Shown piece by piece: positions 9,101 to 16,905 of a stretch of DNA of 64,000 bases. The position numbers and the translations under genes are program-made. The stretch's first letter is position 1, and every line of letters starts with the position of its first letter. Source of the stretch: Candidatus Endomicrobiellum devescovinae (GTDB taxonomy: Bacteria; Elusimicrobiota; Endomicrobiia; Endomicrobiales; Endomicrobiaceae); contig JAIRSK010000020.1 of the NCBI GenBank assembly GCA_031255495.1, positions 9,367 to 73,366 on the forward strand, in the 5' to 3' direction. The notes below the pieces were generated by a model that saw only the letters and a list, made by a program, of their open reading frames with translations, was not told where the DNA came from and did not search any database.

Positions 9101-9678
9101 TGTCCAACACTTTTGGCTATTTTTTTATTTTTCGTATTTTCTTTTTGAGTTTCTTCAGAATCTTCTTCAAAAGTTCTTATTGCAGAAGAACCTCTATGAT
9201 TTGCGATATGGTATAAAGCATATCCTATTTCTTGCAGAGATAATTTTTCGTCAAGAGCCTTAACTCTTAGTTCATATACATCTTTTTGTAAAACTCCTAC
9301 AGGAAATCTTTTAGAAGAAGTTTCCTGATCCGATGAATTTTCTTTTTTGTCTAAATTATTTGGAACAGGTAAAGCTAACTTTTTAGATGCTAAAAGTTTC
9401 CATAAATAACGCATTCTTTCTCTAGTATGTCTATGATTATTCCTTTGCCCTCTTTGCATTCTTCTATTTATAGCACCATCAGACGCTTTGAAAATTCTTG
9501 AGCCGTTCATTATTATTTCTTTAGGTAACAAATTTTTCTCTGAGTTTTTTTCCATAGACACTATCGCAAAGCCTATGGAACCCACTCCTAAGTCTAGCCC
9601 TATACGATAATCTCTATTTCTTAATTTTTCTTTTATTTGCGCTAAATATTTCAGATAAATTTGATTTTTTGATTGCAT
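6139..9678 (-). CDS. cas9: Cas9, type II-C architecture (no csn2 or cas4 in the operon)
   Basis: 1179 aa. RuvC-I YRIGLDLGVGSIGFA (D29). Arg-rich bridge helix RRMQRGQRNNHRHTRERMRYL. HNH DIEHLFPISESEDNTRNNRVISHTSCNENKG. RuvC-III NRHHALDAIVIA. ATG preceded by AGGAAGGGA. Confidence 0.95.
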   Translation of the reverse strand: MQSKNQIYLKYLAQIKEKLRNRDYRIGLDLGVGSIGFAIVSMEKNSEKNLLPKEIIMNGSRIFKASDGAINRRMQRGQRNNHRHTRERMRYLWKLLASKKLALPVPNNLDKKENSSDQETSSKRFPVGVLQKDVYELRVKALDEKLSLQEIGYALYHIANHRGSSAIRTFEEDSEETQKENTKNKKIAKSVGQIMKEKHYRTYGEYLYREKFENKEKHKREKVSNATDNHQFFPARDFTIKETQSILNNQAQYYKELANDYIEQIVKAINYETEKLIPESRCCPYFKNEKRLPRSHKLNEERRLWEALNNARYSQAIVDKDTGEITNYEEKQFSKEQKEKLFAHLLSGKELTQSQTQKLLELENVDSQDIALQGRDKKTQKIKGYKLRVLEDMPFWERFSGQQQDHFLYDWNSCPDEKSLKDKLKKEYKLSDKEIDEAFDKLVLASSYAPVGKSAMKIVLEKIKDGLSYTEAIEEALNEGKLTKDKQSVKDKLPYYGTVLPESTQAVIAKGFSKQFAERKYKTPYTNKDELNYGRIANPVVHQTLNELRKLVNEIIEIFGKKPVEIGLETAKELKKSAKDRLQLSNEQSHNETERNRIYKEYIEKHQQTIKTRNENPKNYILKFDLFEEQNQICPFCLQQINANDIINNKVDIEHLFPISESEDNTRNNRVISHTSCNENKGKQSPFNAFGSSPKFGDIKYNYNEILANAKKNLPKKAWRFYQGVFEKFIENKPMKKRFETDNSYISKIAHKHLSCLFEKPNIICVKGSLTAQLRLAWGLSGLLIPFAEKLLSDKELEKFQDDVNKNKKIRLDNRHHALDAIVIAFASRGYGNLLNKLAGQGYKINYRDKNWLSKILIPPNNLELESFKNSINQALKDSFISIKHDHNNNGELLKATMYKVYNSSDEYILTARKSLSEIKLIDKKKTPKEILETALLKFERKQNELKNEKIKKEVVNNKKLFEDIQRNLKEAKELIEEENKKAKTERKKECKVDDANIYKKAISLLPNKFYVQLSKKEPSKFFAISKPKEKQYGYGYDTGDSLCIDLYYNKNKLCGEIIRKIGAQKKIKPKYKEQEFKLFERIYGGDILELDYTINDKVSLKNRCGSALPDGTFIRVNTFTEVENDNIQLWFSNIIKSSYKPYDSFNLNSMQKYNPRKVILSPCGLIKYYSPILKNKGK

Positions 9679-9811
9679 ATTCCCTTCCTAATTTTATTTT
9701 TATAGATTTAAAATCTGCTGAATGAGCATATATTTCTTTATTCATAATCAGTCTGTATTTTTAAATCAACAAATATCAACACAGCGTATAATAATGACAA
9801 CATTAACATGA

Positions 9812-9827
9812 TAAGAAAATTTTCTTA
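9812..9827. promoter_or_regulatory. perfect 16-bp palindrome upstream of cas9 (possible operator)
   Basis: TAAGAAAATTTTCTTA, about 135-150 nt upstream of the cas9 ATG. Function unknown. Confidence 0.2.
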
Positions 9828-9917
9828 GAATTATGCCAAACTCTACTTCGTCGGCAGGATTAATTAAGCACCTGCTGTATGAATTAAAAAGAGGAATGCA
9901 ACCTTTAGGCATTATAG

Positions 9918-9993
9918 AAAAAAAAAAAAATAGAAAATCTAGTATCTATAAAATTATTGTTCAGATATACTCATGTATGGCTGTGTATGAGTA
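9918..9993 (-). terminator. trp operon 3' region: hairpin plus T13 tract
   Basis: Minus strand has TACTCAT-N12-ATGAGTA (9968-9993), then a weak ATAGA..TCTAT hairpin directly followed by T13 (A13 on the plus strand, 9918-9930), downstream of the trpA stop. Confidence 0.35.
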
Positions 9994-10037
9994 ACTTTAC
10001 AGACGACAAAGTTAAAAATGTTTTAATAATTTTTATA

Positions 10038-10814
10038 TCAATTGAGTATAATAGCTTTTTTAAGTTCAGACGAATAATTTGCTAGTTTTACAGCCGCATT
10101 AACTTTATATTGTTCTATTATTTTTACAACAGCGCTGCCTATTATTACACCATCTGCACATTTTACAATTTCTTTTGCCTGAGAAGTTTTTGAAATACCA
10201 AAACCAACAACAACCGGAATATCTGTAACATTTTTTATTTCAGACATAATCGCTTTAATATCTGTAGTTATCCTATTTCTTAGTCCTGTAACGCCAAGCG
10301 ACGAAACAAGATATATAAATCCTTCAGCTTGTTTTGCTAAAATAGGTATTCTTTTTTTAGAAGTCGGAGCTATCAAAGTAATAATTGTTATGCTGTATTT
10401 TCTTGCAAAATGTTTAACTTCTTCCTGTTCTTCAAAAGGCATATCAGGAACAATTATTCCATCTAGTCCTACCTCTTTACATCTTTTAAAAAATTTCTCA
10501 TAACCATAAAAGAACATAGAGTTTAAATATGTCATAAAAACTAAAGGAATATCAGATTTTTTTCTGACATTGAGAACTATGCCAAAAATATCTTCTAAAT
10601 TTATATTTTTAGATAATGCTCTTACCATAGCGTTTTGTATTGTTTCCCCTTCTGCAACAGGATCTGAAAATGGAATTCCTATTTCTATTAAATCAGCTCC
10701 GTTTAAAGCCATCGCTAAAATATACTCTTCAGTTTTAGAAATATCAGGATCGCCAGCAGTAAGATATGTTATTAAAGCTTTATTATTTTTAAATATTTTA
10801 GTTATTCTATTCAT
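10038..10814 (-). CDS. trpA: tryptophan synthase alpha chain
   Basis: 258 aa; LITYLTAGDP...ADLIEIGIPFSDPVAEG...GFGIS motifs; last gene of the trp operon. Confidence 0.93.
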   Translation of the reverse strand: MNRITKIFKNNKALITYLTAGDPDISKTEEYILAMALNGADLIEIGIPFSDPVAEGETIQNAMVRALSKNINLEDIFGIVLNVRKKSDIPLVFMTYLNSMFFYGYEKFFKRCKEVGLDGIIVPDMPFEEQEEVKHFARKYSITIITLIAPTSKKRIPILAKQAEGFIYLVSSLGVTGLRNRITTDIKAIMSEIKNVTDIPVVVGFGISKTSQAKEIVKCADGVIIGSAVVKIIEQYKVNAAVKLANYSSELKKAIILN

Positions 10815-10815
10815 T

Positions 10816-11991
10816 TTATATAACTCCTTTATACTCAGCTATCATCGCAACGTCCTTGTCTCCTCTGCCAGAAATACAAACAACTATTATTTCATCTTTT
10901 GACATTTTTGGAGCAAGCTGCATTGCATAATACATTGCATGAGCAGATTCTATTGCCGGAATAATTCCTTCAGTTTTTGATAGAAATTCAAAAGCTGCAA
11001 CTGCTTCATCATCAGTGACGGGAATATATTCAGCTCTTTTTGTATCGTGCAGATAAGCATGCTCAGGACCTATGCCTGGATAATCAAGCCCTGCCGATAT
11101 TGAATATACGGGAGCAATTTGCCCATTTTCCGTCTGGCAAAAATAAGATTTCATTCCGTGGAATATCCCGACTTTTCCTTTTGTAATAGTGGCAGCCGTT
11201 TCTAAAGTATCAACGCCTTTGCCCGCAGCTTCACAGCCTATAAGGTTAACTTCTTTATCATTTATAAAATTATAAAAAGCACCTATTGAGTTTGAACCGC
11301 CTCCAACGCAAGCAATAACAACAGACGGCAGTTTTGATTCTTTTTTAAACAACTGTTCTTTTATTTCTTTGCTTATAATGCTTTGGAAATCTCTTACAAT
11401 GTGAGGATATGGATAAGGTCCCATTGCAGAACCTAAAACATAAAATGTATCGTCAATCCTGCTGCTCCATTCTCTCATTGTTTGGCTTACAGCATCTTTT
11501 AAAGTTTTTGTGCCAGTTTCAACAGAATTGACTTTAGCACCCAATAGTTGCATTCTAAAAACATTTAAAGACTGTCGTTCAATATCTTCTCGCCCCATAA
11601 AAATTTCACATTCCATATTAAACAGTGCAGCAGCAGTAGCTGTTGCAACGCCATGCTGCCCGGCGCCTGTTTCTGCTATAACTCTTGTTTTGCCCATCTT
11701 TTTTGCAAGTAAAATCTGTCCTAAAACATTGTTTATTTTATGAGATCCTGTATGATTTAAATCTTCTCTTTTTAAATATATTTTCGCACCGCCAAGTTTT
11801 TCAGTAGCATTTTTAGCAAAATACAATCTTGACGGTCTGCCTGCATATTCATTAAGCAAACATTTAAGCTCACTATTAAACTGCTTGTCATTTTTAAAAT
11901 GATTGTATGCCGTTTCCAATTCATTTACAGCATTCATAAGCGTTTCAGGTATATATTGACCACCGTATATTCCAAATTTTTCTTTTGACAT
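10816..11991 (-). CDS. trpB: tryptophan synthase beta chain
   Basis: 391 aa; [20 protein letters not shown] (PLP lysine), GGGSNSIG. Confidence 0.95.
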   Translation of the reverse strand: MSKEKFGIYGGQYIPETLMNAVNELETAYNHFKNDKQFNSELKCLLNEYAGRPSRLYFAKNATEKLGGAKIYLKREDLNHTGSHKINNVLGQILLAKKMGKTRVIAETGAGQHGVATATAAALFNMECEIFMGREDIERQSLNVFRMQLLGAKVNSVETGTKTLKDAVSQTMREWSSRIDDTFYVLGSAMGPYPYPHIVRDFQSIISKEIKEQLFKKESKLPSVVIACVGGGSNSIGAFYNFINDKEVNLIGCEAAGKGVDTLETAATITKGKVGIFHGMKSYFCQTENGQIAPVYSISAGLDYPGIGPEHAYLHDTKRAEYIPVTDDEAVAAFEFLSKTEGIIPAIESAHAMYYAMQLAPKMSKDEIIVVCISGRGDKDVAMIAEYKGVI

Positions 11992-12001
11992 AGAGTATCT
12001 C

Positions 12002-12616
12002 CTATTTCACATCAGAATGTTTTCTAACAATTTGTATTATTTCTTTTATCTTCTTTAAATCTTTTATTCCGTTTATTTCAACTCCGCTACTTAAATCTAC
12101 ACAATAAGGTTTTAATTCTGTTAATGCATTTTCTATATTGTCCTTATTCAAACCTCCAGCAAGAAAAAATGGCTGTTTGTATTCTCTAATTAAATGCCAA
12201 TCAAAAACTTTACCACAGCCTCCATATTCAAAATTGCTGTACGTATCAAAAAGAACAAAGTCCGCTTTTGTGTTAATATCGCATATCTTTTCTTTAACTC
12301 TGATAACTTTTATAATAGGCTGTTTTACTTTTTCTTTTAATTTAGATATATAAAGTTCGTCTTCATCGCCGTGAAGCTGCACTAAATCAATAACACAATC
12401 TTTGCATAAGTTCAAAATATTATCCACATCTTCATTTGCAAATACCCCAACCGTTTGAATTTCTTTATTAAGCAAAAATTTCAACTTTGTAGCGATATTA
12501 AAATCTATTTTTCTCTTTTCCCCTGCAAAAACAAAACCTATATAATCAGGTCTTGCAATATTTACAAAACTTATTTCTTCTTCTCTTTTAAGACCACATA
12601 TTTTTATTTTTGTCAT
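12002..12616 (-). CDS. trpF: phosphoribosylanthranilate isomerase
   Basis: 204 aa; [10 protein letters not shown]...DYIGFVF...VQLHGDE pattern; operon position. Confidence 0.88.
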   Translation of the reverse strand: MTKIKICGLKREEEISFVNIARPDYIGFVFAGEKRKIDFNIATKLKFLLNKEIQTVGVFANEDVDNILNLCKDCVIDLVQLHGDEDELYISKLKEKVKQPIIKVIRVKEKICDINTKADFVLFDTYSNFEYGGCGKVFDWHLIREYKQPFFLAGGLNKDNIENALTELKPYCVDLSSGVEINGIKDLKKIKEIIQIVRKHSDVK

Positions 12617-12626
12617 TTTTCTATTC

Positions 12627-13403
12627 CTAAGACATTAGCTCTTTAAGTTTTAAGTTAATATTGCCGCTTCTCATCAATTCTTCGCCAATTAAAACAGCAT
12701 TAATATTGTTTGCTTTTAGCATGTCTATGTGTTCTTTTGTTTTAATTCCGCTTTCTGAAACAAAAATTTTATCATTAGGCACAAGCTTGCGAAGTCTTAT
12801 AGTATTATTTAAATCCACTTTAAAATTTTTAAGATTTCTATTGTTTACTCCTATGATTTTAGCCCCAATGTTTAATGCCATATCAAGTTCTTTTTCATTA
12901 TGAACTTCAACAAGGCAAGATAGACCAAGTACATTTGCTATTTCAAAAAAATCTTTTAAAACTGGATTGTCTAAAATAGAGCATATTAAAAGTATTGCGT
13001 CTGCCCCTATAATTTTAGATTCATATATCTGATAAGAGTCTATTATAAAATCCTTACGCAATACAGGAACGGTAACAATATCTTTTATTTCTTTAAGATA
13101 ATCTCTGTTTCCAAGAAAAAAGTCAGGCTCGGTAATAACAGAAATTGCAGCAGCTCCAGAGTTTTGATATTCCATAGCTATTTCTTTATAATTAAAATTA
13201 TCTGAAATTAGCCCTTTTGACGGAGACGCTTGCTTTATCTCGCAAATAAAGTTTATGCTCGGTTTTGACAATGCTTCTTCAAATTTATAAGACAATTTTT
13301 CTGCTGTGTTTAATGCTTCTTTTTTTACTACATCAAAAGATTTTTTACTTTTCTCTTTATTTACTCTTATTCTTGTGGCAGCAACTATTTTGTCTAAAAT
13401 CAT
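12627..13403 (-). CDS. trpC: indole-3-glycerol phosphate synthase
   Basis: 258 aa; ILDKIV...FICEIKQASPSKG...LRKDFIID...LVEVH...IGVNNRNL. Confidence 0.92.
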   Translation of the reverse strand: MILDKIVAATRIRVNKEKSKKSFDVVKKEALNTAEKLSYKFEEALSKPSINFICEIKQASPSKGLISDNFNYKEIAMEYQNSGAAAISVITEPDFFLGNRDYLKEIKDIVTVPVLRKDFIIDSYQIYESKIIGADAILLICSILDNPVLKDFFEIANVLGLSCLVEVHNEKELDMALNIGAKIIGVNNRNLKNFKVDLNNTIRLRKLVPNDKIFVSESGIKTKEHIDMLKANNINAVLIGEELMRSGNINLKLKELMS

Positions 13404-13412
13404 ATAAACCTC

Positions 13413-14426
13413 TCAATTAAAACTGTTGGACATTTTGATAAAGTCATTTAATTTGTTTAAAGCTTTTTTGCTGTCTATCATCTCTTGAGCAATTTTTATA
13501 CACTCTCTTAGAGTTACGTCATTGTAAAACATATACAAACATACGGCGGAATTTAAAACGACAGTATCTCTCTTTGCTCCATGCTCGCCGTTTAACACGC
13601 TTAAGGCAATTTCTTTATTTTTTTCAGGAGATCCTCCTATAAGCTCAGATAATTTGCACCTTTTTAATCCAAACTGTTCAGGAGTAATAAAGAAACTGTT
13701 TATTTTGCCGTCATTTACTTCACAAACAGTTGTAGTATCAGACAAAGTAACTTCGTCAAGACCGTCATGTCCATGCACAACCATCGCTCTCTTTACGCCA
13801 AGGTTTGCAAGAACATTGGCTATAGGTTCAACAAGGTTCTCATCATAAACACCTATAAGCTCATAATTCGCTCTAGCAGGGTTTGCCAAAGGTCCTAAAA
13901 TGTTAAATATTGTTCTTATACCTAGTTCTTTTCTAACTTTAGCAACATACTTCATTGACGAATGAAATGTCTGAGCCATTAAAAAACATATGCCTGTTTT
14001 TTCTAATACTTCTTCACACTGATTAGGAGTAAGCATTACGTTTACACCTAAAGCTTCAAAAATGTCCGCACTACCACATTTGCTAGATACACTTCTGTTT
14101 CCGTGCTTTGCAACGGGAATTCCTGCAGCAGCAATTACCAAAGAAGATATTGACGAAATATTAAACGTTGCAAGTTCGTCCCCTCCTGTGCCTACAATAT
14201 CAAGCACATCATATTTAGGGTTTAACTTTTGACATTTTTCTCTCATAACCATTGCGCAAGCTGTTATTTCTTCTATTGTTTCACCTTTAAGCCTTAACGC
14301 CGTTAGAAAAGATGCAATTTGTGCGTCTGTAGCGGCACCGTCCATTATCTCGCTCATAACTTGTTTTGTTTTATCTATTGTAAGATTTTGTTTGTTTACT
14401 ATTTCGTATATTGATTCTGTTATCAT
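13413..14426 (-). CDS. trpD: anthranilate phosphoribosyltransferase
   Basis: 337 aa; DIVGTGGD, KHGNRSVSSKCGSAD, NILGPLANP motifs. Confidence 0.93.
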   Translation of the reverse strand: MITESIYEIVNKQNLTIDKTKQVMSEIMDGAATDAQIASFLTALRLKGETIEEITACAMVMREKCQKLNPKYDVLDIVGTGGDELATFNISSISSLVIAAAGIPVAKHGNRSVSSKCGSADIFEALGVNVMLTPNQCEEVLEKTGICFLMAQTFHSSMKYVAKVRKELGIRTIFNILGPLANPARANYELIGVYDENLVEPIANVLANLGVKRAMVVHGHDGLDEVTLSDTTTVCEVNDGKINSFFITPEQFGLKRCKLSELIGGSPEKNKEIALSVLNGEHGAKRDTVVLNSAVCLYMFYNDVTLRECIKIAQEMIDSKKALNKLNDFIKMSNSFN

Positions 14427-14434
14427 GTTTGCCT

Positions 14435-15013
14435 CTATTTAAAATTTTGTAACTTAAGAAAATTTTCAATTATTGTTATTCCGTTTTTTGTAAGTATTGA
14501 TTCAGAGTGAAACTGAACTCCATAAATATCAAAATCTTTATGTTTCACACCCATTGCCTGAGACTCTTCATCTTCGGCTATTACAAGTAAGTCATCTGAA
14601 AAACTAGCTCTACTAGCAACAAGAGAATGGTATCTTGCAGCTGTAATAACAGGAGAAAGACCTTTAAAAATAGGGCTGCCATTAGCAATGTGTATATTGC
14701 TTGTCTTGCCGTGCATCAACTTTTGCGCATATGTAATTTTTGCTCCGAAAACTTCGCATATAGCTTGATGCCCTAAACAAACGCCAAGTATAGGAACCCT
14801 CTCTTTAAAATATTTTATTGCCTCTTCACATATACCAGCAGCGTTTGGTCTTCCGGGTCCTGGAGAAATTATTAAATGTGTAAATTGCAAATTATCCATT
14901 TCCTTAACTGTCATTTCGTCATTCTTGACGACTCTAACATCTTTATTTATAGCTCCAACATATTGGTAGAGGTTATAAGAAAAACTATCATAATTATCTA
15001 TAATCAAAATCAT
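14435..15013 (-). CDS. trpG: anthranilate synthase component II (glutamine amidotransferase)
   Basis: Track ORF extends to 15073. ATG at 15013 (MILIIDNYDSF) has a GGAGG RBS and forms an ATGA overlap with the trpE stop. GATase motifs GVCLGHQ and HSES. Confidence 0.9.
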   Translation of the reverse strand: MILIIDNYDSFSYNLYQYVGAINKDVRVVKNDEMTVKEMDNLQFTHLIISPGPGRPNAAGICEEAIKYFKERVPILGVCLGHQAICEVFGAKITYAQKLMHGKTSNIHIANGSPIFKGLSPVITAARYHSLVASRASFSDDLLVIAEDEESQAMGVKHKDFDIYGVQFHSESILTKNGITIIENFLKLQNFK

Positions 15014-16476
15014 AATTCCTCCGTTTGCGCCAAATTCAATGCATTTATAATTGCTTGAGCTTTTTGACAACATTCGTTATATTCTTTTTCAGGATTGCTA
15101 TCTGCAACGATACCAGCGCCTGATTGAACATAAACTTTTCCATTCTGAAGTTTTGCCATTCTTATTGCAATACACATATCCATGTTTCCTGCAAAATCTA
15201 TGTAACCTATTGCGCCACCATAAGTTCCGCGTTTATGCTTTTCAAGTTTATTTATAATTCCGCATGCAGTTTTTTTAGGCGCTCCAGACAAAGTCCCTGC
15301 CGGCAAAACTGCAGATAAAGCGTCTAAATGATCGTATCCTTTCTTTATCCTTGATTTAATTACAGAAGTTATGTGGCTAACATGCGACAACTTTAGAATT
15401 TTCATATGTTCAGTTACTACAACGGAGCCAAATTCACTTATTTTGCCTAAATCATTTCTTCCCAAATCTACAAGCATATTATGCTCCGCAATTTCTTTTT
15501 CATCTTTTAGAAGCTGCGATATGAGCATTTCATCTTCAACATCATTTTCACCACGTCTGCATGTGCCGGCTAGAGCATAATTCGTTAATTCCCCATCTTT
15601 CAATGTAACAAGTGTTTCAGGAGAAGCACCTGCAATTTCAATATCTCCAAAATTTAAATAAAACATGTACGGCGATGGGTTTATAGTCCTTAATATTCTA
15701 TAAGCCTTGAGAAGACTGCCTTCAAAATCTGCTTCCGTTCTGTTTGATAGCACAGCTTGAAAAATATCGCCTTCAGAAATATGATGCCTTATCTTTCCAA
15801 CCATTATTTTAAATTCTTCTTTACTGTAAAGCATTTTAAAGTCTGATTTGAGTTTTGATTTATCATCTTTCTTTACTAATGTACTTTTTATAAGCTCTTC
15901 TACTTCTTTAATTTTTTTCTCTGTTTTCTTAAACTCATCTTCAAAATTTTCCACAGGAGTGTTTACTACAATAAAAATTTTTTGCTTTAAATGATCAAAA
16001 GTCACAACAGTATCAAAAAGCATAAGGTAAAAATCGTCAAAGCCATCATTGTTAGAATTTAAAAGATTTACAGATTTTTCGTTATATTTAAAAAAATCAT
16101 AAGAAAAATAACCGACAAAACCTCCTGTAAATAACGGCATATATTCAAGTCTGGGACTTTTATATTGAGAAATAATATTCCTCAACGATGTTACGGGATC
16201 ATTTGTAATTATTTCTTCCTTTTTTTCGCCGTCTATAAAAATTTTATTGTCTATGCATCTAACTGTAAGTTTTGGATTGGATCCAATAAAAGAATACCTA
16301 CCCCAGCTACGACTGTTTCCGACGCTTTCTAATAAAAAACTCTTTTTGTTTTTCTCCATAAAATTCTTGACAACTTCTACAGACGTTTTAATATCTGCGA
16401 AAATCTCTTTACATACAGGAATCACGGTGTAATTGCCAAAATACTTTTTTGCTTCCTCTACTTGAGGTTTAATCAT
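15010..16476 (-). CDS. trpE: anthranilate synthase component I
   Basis: 488 aa; LLESV...SPYMFYL...GTLSGAPK..A..II..LE...RG.YGGAIGY chorismate-binding signature. Confidence 0.93.
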   Translation of the reverse strand: MIKPQVEEAKKYFGNYTVIPVCKEIFADIKTSVEVVKNFMEKNKKSFLLESVGNSRSWGRYSFIGSNPKLTVRCIDNKIFIDGEKKEEIITNDPVTSLRNIISQYKSPRLEYMPLFTGGFVGYFSYDFFKYNEKSVNLLNSNNDGFDDFYLMLFDTVVTFDHLKQKIFIVVNTPVENFEDEFKKTEKKIKEVEELIKSTLVKKDDKSKLKSDFKMLYSKEEFKIMVGKIRHHISEGDIFQAVLSNRTEADFEGSLLKAYRILRTINPSPYMFYLNFGDIEIAGASPETLVTLKDGELTNYALAGTCRRGENDVEDEMLISQLLKDEKEIAEHNMLVDLGRNDLGKISEFGSVVVTEHMKILKLSHVSHITSVIKSRIKKGYDHLDALSAVLPAGTLSGAPKKTACGIINKLEKHKRGTYGGAIGYIDFAGNMDMCIAIRMAKLQNGKVYVQSGAGIVADSNPEKEYNECCQKAQAIINALNLAQTEEL

Positions 16477-16503
16477 TTCCTACTCCCTTTGCCAAAGACA
16501 GAC

Positions 16504-16819
16504 AAAAAAAACGTCCGTCCAAAGCACAAAATATGTCAAGGACAGACGTTAAAATTTGTCCGCGGTGCCACCTTGATTTATAGGCAAAGCAATAAAAAGC
16601 TAAACCTATACTCTTTTCAGAGCGCCAACACGCTCGTCGCAAGTAACGCATGCGATGCGTCGCGGAATACTAGGGATTTATAATCCTTTTGACCGCGCCC
16701 TCTCTGGTCCATTTGATAATCTGCGTTGTGCGGGAATCTCAGCTGCGCCCGCTCTTTGTAACTGCACAATTACCGTTATCTCCACATCAACGGTTTTGAG
16801 GGGAATACCCTCTATAGTC
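16504..16819 (-). promoter_or_regulatory. T-box riboswitch leader of trpEGDCFBA (putative Trp specifier)
   Basis: Minus strand carries the T-box consensus AAUCAAGGUGGCACCGCGG (rc of 16561-16579). A terminator follows: CGUCUGUCC...GGACGGACG (16512-16548, 9 bp including one G-U) plus U8 (16504-16511). Stem I-like AGAGAG/GGCGCGG elements lie upstream. Candidate UGG-A specifier at 16711-16708. Confidence 0.8.
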
Positions 16820-16825
16820 AATTTG

Positions 16826-16854
16826 ATATTAGTACAAGTTATACTAAATGTCAA
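16826..16854 (-). promoter_or_regulatory. sigma70-type promoter of the trp T-box leader
   Basis: Minus strand TTGACA (16854-16849), 17 nt, then TAATAT (16831-16826). Confidence 0.55.
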
Positions 16855-16905
16855 CTTTTAGTTCGGCAAAATCCTAAAGTTTATCGGATTAGATAGTTCA
16901 ATTGT

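Noticed and set aside
9826-9915. tracrRNA candidate upstream of cas9: AUUAUGCCAAA can pair with the repeat 3' end UUUGGUAGAAU, followed by two hairpins (GCAGG..CCUGC, AAUGC..GCAUU).
   Set aside because: Complementarity is only about 11 nt, with a mismatch and a wobble, and stops there. The plus-strand version ends in an A-run rather than a U-run. The minus-strand version is not complementary to a plus-strand crRNA. This is not enough for a call.
9918-9930. A13 homopolymer between trpA and cas9 as a possible phase-variation switch for cas9.
   Set aside because: On the minus strand it is a T13 run directly following a small hairpin after trpA, which is the expected terminator U-tract. It lies about 240 nt upstream of the cas9 ATG, not between plausible -35 and -10 elements.
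14435-15073. N-terminal extensions in several track ORFs: trpG to 15073, zapA to 31859, 5-FCL to 30230, dnaX to 37777, the 163-aa ORF to 48286, the 725-aa ORF to 53288, and aroC to 60254.
   Set aside because: Internal starts have proper RBSs, remove overlaps with the upstream genes, and restore family-typical N-termini. The extensions are read-through of the upstream coding region.
16462-16861. Track ORFs 16462..16683 (+), 16469..16651 (-) and 16655..16861 (+).
   Set aside because: They lie inside the T-box leader RNA. The region is explained by riboswitch structure, and the ORFs have no RBS or plausible products.
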